Source of the DNA: Ignicoccus pacificus DSM 13166
GTDB lineage: Archaea; Thermoproteota; Thermoprotei_A; Sulfolobales; Ignicoccaceae
NCBI GenBank assembly: GCA_025340205.1
Contig: CP006868.1
Location: 300,001 to 332,000 of the forward strand
Direction: 5' to 3'
Length of the DNA: 32,000 nucleotides
Shown: one piece after another, positions 24,993 through 31,940 of the stretch
Layout: every line of letters begins with the position of its first letter
How positions within the stretch are numbered: the first letter of the stretch is position 1
The notes under the pieces: model-generated
The model's input: only the letters and a program-made list of their open reading frames with translations
The model's database searches: none
What the model was told of the DNA's origin: nothing
Translations under genes and position numbers: made by a program

Positions 24993-25654
24993 TAAGGCTC
25001 GATCCTCTTAAGGAGGCCTTGAGGGATATACCCTATGTCTGGGAGGAGATGAAGGAAGCCGAAATATTCCAAAAGGTAAAGGTGGAGGAGCCGCCGTTCA
25101 TATTTAGAGCAGACGGGGTGGGCTTTGGAAAGTACTTCGAGGAGATCGGGAGCCCTAGGGATGAGACAGTTCACAGAGCCTTGGTGAATGCTTCTAAGAA
25201 GCTTCTAGAGGTCTACTCGTGCTCCCAAGCCTACGTCTCCAGCGACGAGGTGAGCGTGCTCTGCGAGCACTTAATCTATGGAGGAAGGGTGGAGAAGATA
25301 GACAGCACCTTTTCCTCTTTGCTCGGAGCCTTCTTCAGTGTGGAAGTCTCACCCCTCCCTCCTGGATGGTTCGACGGAAGAACTATCGTCGGAATAAGCT
25401 GGAAGAGCTACTTGAGGTGGAGACTCAAGGTCACCCTCTGCAACTACGTCTCATTGATAACGAGAAAGCCTTGTAGGAAAGGGATGGAAGAGGTAAAGGA
25501 GGTTCCGGAGATGGCGCTGGGAACGTTAATCGTTTGGAGGGAGTACGAAAAGGAAGGCTACAACCCTATGACGGGGGAGAGGGTAAAGGTGAAGAGGAGG
25601 AGACTCGAGGAGCTGAGAGGAGAGGATCTTCTAAGGGCGATATTGGGTCCTTAG
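24989..25654 (+). CDS. Thg1-like protein (tRNA-His guanylyltransferase family, 3'-5' nucleotidyltransferase)
   Basis: 221 aa. FIFRADGVGFGKYF (R-x-D-G metal-binding strand) and YVSSDEVSVL (SDE motif) at the spacing expected for Thg1/TLP. The ATG overlaps the GDPD stop (ATGA). Confidence 0.7.
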   Translation: MIRLDPLKEALRDIPYVWEEMKEAEIFQKVKVEEPPFIFRADGVGFGKYFEEIGSPRDETVHRALVNASKKLLEVYSCSQAYVSSDEVSVLCEHLIYGGRVEKIDSTFSSLLGAFFSVEVSPLPPGWFDGRTIVGISWKSYLRWRLKVTLCNYVSLITRKPCRKGMEEVKEVPEMALGTLIVWREYEKEGYNPMTGERVKVKRRRLEELRGEDLLRAILGP

Positions 25655-26067
25655 GAGAGCTCTTCCATTACCTCCTTCACCTCCCTTATCACCTCTCGCA
25701 CCTCCTCCTTGAGCTTCTCCACGTTGGAGTTTTCCGGCCCGTCCTTATATGCCTCAAATATCTTGAGGACCTTCTTCGTTATTTCATTTATATTGCTTCC
25801 TTCGATGTTTGCTATTTCCTCACTAACCTTCTCTATATCAGTAAGAGGTATCATGTAAACGTACTCCTCGGCCTTCTCCCCGAACTTCTCCTTGAGCTCA
25901 TTGAAATGCTTAATGAAGAGTATACCAAGTACGTTTTCCCATGCTTCAAACGTCATGCCGGAGGCTTTCCCCACGAAGTTCTCCTCTAAGAACTTTTCCG
26001 CCAGCTCTAACTCTCCCTTGAGAGACTCTAAACGGTATTGAAGAATTTCTTTATGATTAGATGGCAC
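25651..26067 (-). CDS. PaREP1-like helical protein
   Basis: 138 aa. The N-terminal LESLKGELELAEKFLEENFVGKASGMTFEAWENVLGILFIKH resembles the PaREP1 family consensus (…ELA.rFLeeGl.rNAAGKafqAwKa…) as I recall it. Starts 3 nt after the preceding gene's stop. Confidence 0.55.
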   Translation of the reverse strand: MPSNHKEILQYRLESLKGELELAEKFLEENFVGKASGMTFEAWENVLGILFIKHFNELKEKFGEKAEEYVYMIPLTDIEKVSEEIANIEGSNINEITKKVLKIFEAYKDGPENSNVEKLKEEVREVIREVKEVMEELS

Positions 26068-26070
26068 CGC

Positions 26071-26604
26071 TCATCGGGCCCTCTTCCAACAGATCCTCTC
26101 GTAGCCCTTTATCTTGTCCCCCTTACGACACCAAAGCATGAGTATCCTTCCCTCTTCATCGGGAATGTCGTATTCACAAGAGGTCTCCGCTACCTCAAAC
26201 CTCCAGCCAGGAGGGAGAAGCCAGAAGGCCTCGTAGTCGTACTCCGCTTCTCCTCCCTCGAACTCGTTCTCAAAGCAGTTAAGGCCTTCCCTTACCGGTC
26301 CCTTGAACTCTAAGATGAACGTATAGTACGGGATTTCCGCAAATCCGACGAACTCTAAGCTCGTGTTCTTAACTATTACCCTAACTCTCTCCCCGTTTAT
26401 TCTAACCTTTTCTTTATCCAGCTCCCTCTGCATGTTCTGCCACACAGTCTCTATTTCTTTTCTATACTCGAAGGGTCTGTGAACAAGCTCCGCCAGCTCG
26501 GCCTTTTCATCGTAGTAGTAATAGTTTACCACTTCCCAGATCCTCCACTCGCTTCCGTTGAGGTAGACGTTGTAGTAGCCTTGAGCGTGGATGGGCCTCA
26601 TCAA
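26071..26604 (-). CDS. hypothetical aromatic-rich protein (177 aa), translationally coupled to aCPSF1
   Basis: ORF with Tyr/Trp/Phe/Glu-rich composition (NYYYYDE, YDYEAFWLLPPGW). The probable ATG at 26601-26599 shares one base with the aCPSF1 TGA (TGATG). No family recognised. Confidence 0.6.
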   Translation of the reverse strand: MMRPIHAQGYYNVYLNGSEWRIWEVVNYYYYDEKAELAELVHRPFEYRKEIETVWQNMQRELDKEKVRINGERVRVIVKNTSLEFVGFAEIPYYTFILEFKGPVREGLNCFENEFEGGEAEYDYEAFWLLPPGWRFEVAETSCEYDIPDEEGRILMLWCRKGDKIKGYERICWKRAR

Positions 26605-28589
26605 ACATCCTCCTGCCTCATCACTAGGCTCTCCCTTATGTGAGGGGTGAAGACCTCCAAGTCTCCCGGAAGGCCAAGCCTTCTGGTGTTCCTCCTTATC
26701 GCTCTGGCCAGCCCCTCTATCCTAGTGGGCTCTCCGTGGTTCAGTATTATCCTTCTGGGCTTGGGGTTCAAGGCCCTAAGCCAGCTGAGGAGCTCGCTTC
26801 TCGAGCTGTGACCCGAGAAGCCCTCCACGCTGTAGACGTGGAGCTTTACCTCTATGGGAATGGGCGTTCCTCCCTCCTGGATCCACACCTTGTTGGCCCC
26901 CTCCTTCAGCTGCCTTCCCAAGGTTCCGGCGGCTTGGTATGCTACGAAGACCACCGAATGCTTGGGATCCTCAGCCATGTACTTGAAGTACTCTAAGGCC
27001 GGTCCTCCGGTCAGCATTCCGGAGGTGGCTATGATCACTCCGGGCTCCCTCTCTATTAGGTCCCTCCTGCTCACCTCCTTCAAGCTCACCCTTTCCACGA
27101 AGTCCTCCAAGAACGGATTCTCTCCTTGCAGTATCCTCTCCTTTATCTCCTTGTTAAGCCACTCCGGATAGGCGGCGTGGATCGCCGTTACCTCGTACAC
27201 CATTCCGTCTAGGTATATCTTGGGGGTCTTGCCGTCGGGGGTTTTGAGGAGGCCCTTCTTTATGGCGTCGACCAGCACCAGCAGAATCTCCTGGCCTCTT
27301 CCTATTGCTAGAACGGGTATCAGGACGAAGCCTCCCCTTTCTAAGGTCTTGTTTATGATATCTATCAGTATCCTTTCAGAAAGTTCCCTAGGCGGAAGAT
27401 CCTCCGTTCCGTAGGTGCTCTCCATTATTACTGCCTCTACCCTCGGGAACTTATCGCTCGCTTTGTTGAGGAGTCTCGTGTTGGAATACTTCATGTCTCC
27501 TGTGTAAACTACGTTGTAGAAGCCCTCTCCAACGTGAAGGTGAGCCATGGCGCTTCCCAGGATGTGCCCGGCGTTGTGGAAGGTCAGCTTGATGTCAGGA
27601 GCTATATCCGTTACTTCGCCGTAGTTAATTGCAATTGTTCTCATGAGCATGTCGCTTATGTCGCTGTGGCTGAAGGGGGTGAGCCTTCCTTGCTTTTGCG
27701 CCACCTCTATGTAGTCGGTTAGCATCAAGTACATGAGGTCCCTAGTGGGAGGGGTCACGTACACCGGGCCCCTGTAGCCGTACTTGTAGAGCAGAGGCAC
27801 CAGACCGCAGTGATCCAAGTGAGCATGAGTTACCACTACCGCGTCGAGCTCCTCTAATGGTAGGTCCTCAGCCCTTGGATAGTGCTTTATGGGATCGTAG
27901 GAGCTCAAGTTAACTCCGAAGTCCAAGAGTACCTTAGACTCTCTCGTCTCCAGCAGTATAGCCGATCTTCCGACCTCTTGGAAGCCTCCCAGAGCAGTTA
28001 TCCTGACGTGGTTTTGTTCTGCCTTGAAGACCAAGGGTCTATGGATTCTCTCTCCGATGTCCTTCAGTACGTCAAGTCTTTTCTTGGCATTGGTCCTGTA
28101 AAAGCTCCTTATGTCCAAGATAGTCTTAGACTCGAGGGGAGGTTGTCTTATCACTACCGGCTTCCACCCGGTCTCCACGAGGATCTTCCTCTGCCTCTGA
28201 CCGCCCTTTCCTACCACGTATCCGGGCTTGGTGGTTATGATGTAGACCTCTCCGGTGCTCGGCTCGAAGTCCACGTCAACCACGTTCTCCTTTCCCGCTA
28301 TCTGGAGTATCTTCTCCTTTGCCTCCGACTTCGATTTCCTTATATGTTCGTCCGGCTTCACAACTATCCTTTTTCTAACTTGTCTCGCCACGTTCCTTAC
28401 TATCTCCGGCTTCTCATATATTGGAAGGAGATTCCTGGCGTAGACCGATACCTCCGGCCCTTCGTATTCTATTCTCGTTATCATTAATTCTTTGGGGAGG
28501 AGGTCCGCCACTCTCTTCTTCACTATTTCACGGTAAGCATCTCTCGCGCTCACTCTCCACACCTCTTTTCTAAGAGAAATAGTAGGCAC
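26601..28589 (-). CDS. aCPSF1 (KH-domain beta-CASP metallo-beta-lactamase ribonuclease; archaeal termination/cleavage factor)
   Basis: 662 aa. Two N-terminal KH-like modules (GYVVGKGGQRQRKI). MBL motif VVTHAHLDHCG. Beta-CASP region. C-terminal ILNHGEP. Confidence 0.93.
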   Translation of the reverse strand: MPTISLRKEVWRVSARDAYREIVKKRVADLLPKELMITRIEYEGPEVSVYARNLLPIYEKPEIVRNVARQVRKRIVVKPDEHIRKSKSEAKEKILQIAGKENVVDVDFEPSTGEVYIITTKPGYVVGKGGQRQRKILVETGWKPVVIRQPPLESKTILDIRSFYRTNAKKRLDVLKDIGERIHRPLVFKAEQNHVRITALGGFQEVGRSAILLETRESKVLLDFGVNLSSYDPIKHYPRAEDLPLEELDAVVVTHAHLDHCGLVPLLYKYGYRGPVYVTPPTRDLMYLMLTDYIEVAQKQGRLTPFSHSDISDMLMRTIAINYGEVTDIAPDIKLTFHNAGHILGSAMAHLHVGEGFYNVVYTGDMKYSNTRLLNKASDKFPRVEAVIMESTYGTEDLPPRELSERILIDIINKTLERGGFVLIPVLAIGRGQEILLVLVDAIKKGLLKTPDGKTPKIYLDGMVYEVTAIHAAYPEWLNKEIKERILQGENPFLEDFVERVSLKEVSRRDLIEREPGVIIATSGMLTGGPALEYFKYMAEDPKHSVVFVAYQAAGTLGRQLKEGANKVWIQEGGTPIPIEVKLHVYSVEGFSGHSSRSELLSWLRALNPKPRRIILNHGEPTRIEGLARAIRRNTRRLGLPGDLEVFTPHIRESLVMRQEDV

Positions 28590-28620
28590 TCATAAGGAGC
28601 TCTCGAAGCACCGCTCCACC

Positions 28621-29085
28621 CTACAGAAGGCGGTATTTATGCATAAGTGTAGCGATTAACCACGGCTCCTTTGCACCCTTGGACTTGTTGACCTTAGAGG
28701 GAAAGTTCTTACAGAGCAACTCCAAGGGGCACGCGGAGCAGTTTCGGTCACAGTAGGCTCTATACCTCTCGAGGCCTTCGGAGATCTTCCACCTTGTATA
28801 AGCTATTTCCCTCTTAACTTCCATTATTTCCTCAGCAATTGCCATAGCTTCGAGACCTTTAGACTTCTCGAGCTCATCCTCTAAGACCTTCTTCAGCTCG
28901 ACGAGCTTGTTGAGCCAAGACGCTAACGATTTCAAGTAGCCGGGGGGAGGGGGCTCTTCTTCAGCCTCGCTCAAGGCCCTAAGCCTCTCGACGGTTTCCT
29001 CCACCTCCTCCACTAGCTCATCCGCTTCCTCGAGCCCCTCTTCGACCTCCTCCTCGAGCGACTCCAGAACTTCTAGCTCCTCCAT
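28621..29085 (-). CDS. hypothetical protein with poly-acidic N-terminus and C-terminal CX3CX2CX5C cluster
   Basis: 154 aa. Residues 1-45 are dominated by Glu/Leu/Val (MEELEVLESLEEEVEEGLEEADELVEEVEETVERL...EEEPPPP). Helical middle. C-terminal YCDRNCSACPLELLC. Ends 31 nt upstream of aCPSF1 on the same strand. Confidence 0.6.
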   Translation of the reverse strand: MEELEVLESLEEEVEEGLEEADELVEEVEETVERLRALSEAEEEPPPPGYLKSLASWLNKLVELKKVLEDELEKSKGLEAMAIAEEIMEVKREIAYTRWKISEGLERYRAYCDRNCSACPLELLCKNFPSKVNKSKGAKEPWLIATLMHKYRLL

Positions 29086-29099
29086 CCTAGCCCTAAGAG

Positions 29100-29621
29100 G
29101 TGCTAGGCTTGGGAGTTCATGAACACGAGAGGTTCGGACCCAAGAGGGTGAAGGTGGGAATAGTAGTCGTCTCGGACGCTGTTTATGAAGGAAGGAGGGA
29201 AGACATAAGCGGGAAGCTCGCTAAAGAGAAGGTCTCAAAGGAGCACGACGTGGTCTACTTCGCTATAGTTCCCAACGACGAAACGGCAATCCTCGACTCG
29301 CTTGAAAACGCCAAGGGCGCTGGGGCGGATTTCGTCTTGTTCATAGGAGGTAGCGGAATAGGTCCCAACGATAAGACGGTGGACTTGATCTCTCCTATGG
29401 GCAAGGAACTTCCCGGCTTCGGGGAACTCTTCCGCTATGAGACCTACAGGAAGCACGGCTCCTTAGCGATACTCTCCAGAGCTGGCCTCTGGGCGGTGAA
29501 CAAGACGCTAGTAGCCGTAACCCCCGGAAATCCCGACGCCGTCGAGATAGCCTTGAACTTGCTCCTACCCGTGTTGAGGCACTTGGTGGTAGAGGTTAAG
29601 GGGCTAAGGCACAAGAAGTGA
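29100..29621 (+). CDS. moaB: molybdenum cofactor biosynthesis protein B (MoaB/MogA family)
   Basis: 173 aa. KVGIVVVSD..., FIGGSGIGPNDKT, TPGNPDAV. The true start is possibly the GTG at 29145. Confidence 0.85.
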   Translation: MLGLGVHEHERFGPKRVKVGIVVVSDAVYEGRREDISGKLAKEKVSKEHDVVYFAIVPNDETAILDSLENAKGAGADFVLFIGGSGIGPNDKTVDLISPMGKELPGFGELFRYETYRKHGSLAILSRAGLWAVNKTLVAVTPGNPDAVEIALNLLLPVLRHLVVEVKGLRHKK

Positions 29622-29622
29622 G

Positions 29623-30180
29623 TTACTCCTTCACCCACGGTATTTTCCAGAACCAATCATCTCCCTCCTTTCCTAATGCCTCACAGAGCTCTCTGTAAGG
29701 GCATTTAGAGCACCACTTGCTCCTCTTCGGAGGAGGGAGATACCCATCCTTGATCAACTTCAAGTGGTTTAAGGCGTTGAGGAGCTCCTCTCCATCGTCA
29801 TCATCTACCTCTTTCTCGAACACTTTATCTCTGTACTTTATTACTACCTTTTCCTTCTTTAGAACCATGGCATAAGTTAGGGCTTGGAGGTAGTCGCCGT
29901 ACCAAGCTCCGTTCCTAGGCCCTCTTCCGCTCTTGATCTCTATGATCTCCCTCTCCCCTACCCCGTCTGCCCTCCCTGAGACCTCGAACTCCCCTATCCT
30001 CCCCAGCACCCTTACCTCGCTTTCCTCTTTCATGAGGATTTCAATGAAAAAGTGCCATATCTTTCCTAGGAGCATCCTCACCTTTTGCTTCAGAGTAACC
30101 TCTTTGGCTAAGTGAGTTTCGAAGAACAGCAGCCTCGGGCAGAACGCTAAGGTCCTTAACTCGGAAGGCCTCACCCTCAT
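29623..30180 (-). CDS. Cas4-family PD-(D/E)XK nuclease with 4-Cys cluster (stand-alone)
   Basis: 185 aa. AFCPRLLFF (N-terminal Cys). GRADGVGE...IIEIKSGRG (D...E-x-K). YLQALTYAMVL (QxxxY). CSKCPYRELC (CX2CX5C). Confidence 0.8.
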   Translation of the reverse strand: MRVRPSELRTLAFCPRLLFFETHLAKEVTLKQKVRMLLGKIWHFFIEILMKEESEVRVLGRIGEFEVSGRADGVGEREIIEIKSGRGPRNGAWYGDYLQALTYAMVLKKEKVVIKYRDKVFEKEVDDDDGEELLNALNHLKLIKDGYLPPPKRSKWCSKCPYRELCEALGKEGDDWFWKIPWVKE

Positions 30181-30510
30181 CCCTTCTCGAACTCCCCTTC
30201 CCTCTACCCCGCGAAGGGGGTCATGAAGGATAGGAAGCGATGGTAATATTGAGAAAGTTGAGGTTGAACAAAAACCTCAAGGAGCAGTTTCACCTAGTTC
30301 TCTATTGTAATTACCTCTAGGAAGATGGATAACAACGACGGGCGGAGATGATGAGCGACCGACCTCTCGACCGATGAGAGAAGGGCTGGTCTCTGGCCCG
30401 ACCCGCCTTCGTGGGAGAGTGCTACTCGAGAATTTAATAATTGTACTTCCCCCACGTCCACCTCCTTCCGGCCTCTAAATTATTCCGCGAAAAGTACGGA
30501 GGGGTAGGAG

Positions 30511-30771
30511 ATGGGTTACACAGTTCAATTAACGAAGAGGGCAGCTAAGGGAGCTCTATTACTCCCAAGGACCTACAAGGAACTTCTGAAGCAGCTAATC
30601 GAAGAGTTAAAGAAAGATCCTCTTCCCAAGAACTTTGATATAAAGAAGCTGAAAGGATACAGGAGCACTTACAGAGTGAGGTTAGGAAGCTACAGGGTGA
30701 TTTACGTAGTTGATGAAAAGAACAAGGTGATCACTCTAACCTACGTAGGGCCTCGTGGAGAGGCATATTGA
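30511..30771 (+). CDS. relE: RelE/ParE-family toxin
   Basis: 86 aa. YRVRLGSYRVIYVVDEKNKVITLTYVGPRGEAY. The ATG is preceded by GGAGGGGTAGGAG, but no co-oriented antitoxin ORF lies upstream. Confidence 0.85.
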   Translation: MGYTVQLTKRAAKGALLLPRTYKELLKQLIEELKKDPLPKNFDIKKLKGYRSTYRVRLGSYRVIYVVDEKNKVITLTYVGPRGEAY

Positions 30772-30904
30772 GGAGTTCCTCGAACTCCTCCAAACTAACG
30801 ACTTCTGCTTTACCGCTCAAGAACTCCTCGATCGCCTCCACTTCGTCGGGCAGAGGCTCGACCTCTTCTATTACTTCCCTAGCAGCTCTACTCAACTTTC
30901 CCAA
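30731..30904 (-). CDS. archaeal RelB-like small ORF (57 aa), convergent with and overlapping relE
   Basis: My translation (TTG start): LGKLSRAAREVIEEVEPLPDEVEAIEEFLSGKAEVVSLEEFEELLNMPLHEALRRLE*. It shares EVEPLPDE(L/V)EAIEEF with the frameshifted gene at 30960. Below the 60-aa cut-off of the track. Overlaps the relE 3' end by 41 nt. Confidence 0.4.
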   Translation of the reverse strand: MGKLSRAAREVIEEVEPLPDEVEAIEEFLSGKAEVVSLEEFEELLNMPLHEALRRLE

Positions 30905-30910
30905 CCCCTC

Positions 30911-30938
30911 TTACATAACATTAATACCGTATAATAGC
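30911..30938. promoter_or_regulatory. A+T-rich divergent promoter region between the two RelB-like genes
   Basis: TTACATAACATTAATACCGTATAATAGC. TATAAT-like boxes lie about 20-30 nt from both the minus-strand TTG (30904) and the plus-strand ATG (30960). Confidence 0.35.
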
Positions 30939-30959
30939 TCGCCCTCTCAAAAGTAGCTG

Positions 30960-31206
30960 ATGCTCAGAGAGCTTCTGAACTCCGACACAGTTCCCAATAC
31001 GGGAATTGGATTGCTGACCCAAGATGAGCTTCGGGAGATCAAGAGGCTCCTGGAGAGGGTGGAGGAACTCTTGGAGATATCTCTTCAAGGAGGTTGAGCC
31101 CTTACCAGACGAGCTGGAAGCAATCGAAGAGTTCAAAAAGGAGAAGGATAACTTGGAGCTAATCCCCTTAGAGGAGGTCGAACGTGAGCTCAGTAACTCT
31201 AACTAG
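30960..31206 (+). pseudogene. archaeal RelB-like antitoxin gene split by a frameshift
   Basis: Frame 1 is MLRELLNSDTVPNTGIGLLTQDELREIKRLLERVEELLEISLQGG* (to 31097). The C-terminal half …KEVEPLPDELEAIEEFKKEKDNLELIPLEEVERELSNSN* is in the frame of track ORF 31024..31206. Confidence 0.6.
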
Positions 31207-31336
31207 GAAGGCTCTGAAGGAGCTCGAGGACTTCCCTTTCGTGAGACTCGACATAAAGAGGTTAGCTGGGAAGAGGAACCACTACCGCTTGAGGGTTGAA
31301 CTGATCAGAGTCCTCTTTTACTACGAAAGGGATTAA
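31184..31336 (+). pseudogene. truncated RelE-like remnant (50 codons)
   Basis: The GTG-initiated frame VSSVTLTRKALKELEDFPFVRLDIKRLAGKRNHYRLRVELIRVLFYYERD* overlaps the RelB-like stop. Relative to the intact RelE at 30511 it lacks an internal block and the C-terminal strand. Confidence 0.55.
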
Positions 31337-31557
31337 GGCGATCGTCTACGCGATAAGGCCGAGAGCGCGTATTGACTTGTAAGGCCTAACTTAAGGTTAT
31401 TCTAAATTAAGGAAATCTGGGAAAGATCTGTTAGTAAACTCTAGCGAAGTTCTCATAGAAATGAACGATACTTCTGATCGAGAATCATCCAACCGCGCGT
31501 CCTATCAGGCTTGAGAAGAGCTGATAAAATCTTTCAAGCGCATCTCGACGGAGACCG

Positions 31558-31749
31558 ATGAAGCTGGGAAAGCGGGATCCTCAAGGATACTTCGTGATAC
31601 TAGCTGATCCGAGGGCCAAGGAAACGCTTCCCGAAGGAGTTGAAACGATGGATGAAGGAGACGTTTTAATCATAAGGGTGAAGTCGAGATCCCTTGCCAC
31701 TAAGATTGTCAGAAAGCTCGAGAGGGAAGGACTGTTAAGAGGTGCCTAG
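31558..31749 (+). CDS. hypothetical small protein (63 aa)
   Basis: ORF with ordinary composition (MKLGKRDPQGYFVILADPRAKETLPEGVETMDEGDVLIIRVKSRSLATKIVRKLEREGLLRGA). No family recognised. Confidence 0.4.
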   Translation: MKLGKRDPQGYFVILADPRAKETLPEGVETMDEGDVLIIRVKSRSLATKIVRKLEREGLLRGA

Positions 31750-31940
31750 GGGCGCCAGGGCAGTTCACCGACCGCCCTCGGCGGCCTCCAGCCCTGGAGG
31801 GCCTCTTGACGCTTTCCTCAGCACCTTCTTATTAGTTGTAGTTGCGCAATTGATCAATAATTAAGTGTTTGCATTTTTAACTCTGTTCAAAAGCATACAT
31901 TTGACTACTTAAATAGCTGATATCTATTAACTTACCCTGG

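Noticed and set aside
30341-30407. Possible C/D-box sRNA: a GGCGG/CCGCC terminal stem, a perfect C box AUGAUGA and a 12-nt first spacer.
   Set aside because: There is no canonical CUGA D box (only CCGA/UCGA). The spacing between the putative C' box and the 3' end is 18-20 nt instead of about 12. It is kept only as a low-priority note inside the 30181-30510 finding.
30768-31136. Track ORFs 30768..30956 (+) and 30921..31136 (-).
   Set aside because: Both are Ser-rich low-complexity frames. They lie antisense to, or out of frame with, the RelB-like coding segments, which carry the conserved EVEPLPDE(L/V)EAIEEF block.
31751-31805. The G+C-rich structured element as a tRNA or tRNA fragment (a potential integration att site).
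   Set aside because: There is no T-loop (GGTTCRAAT-like) or D-loop signature and no cloverleaf on either strand. No integrase gene is present in the window.
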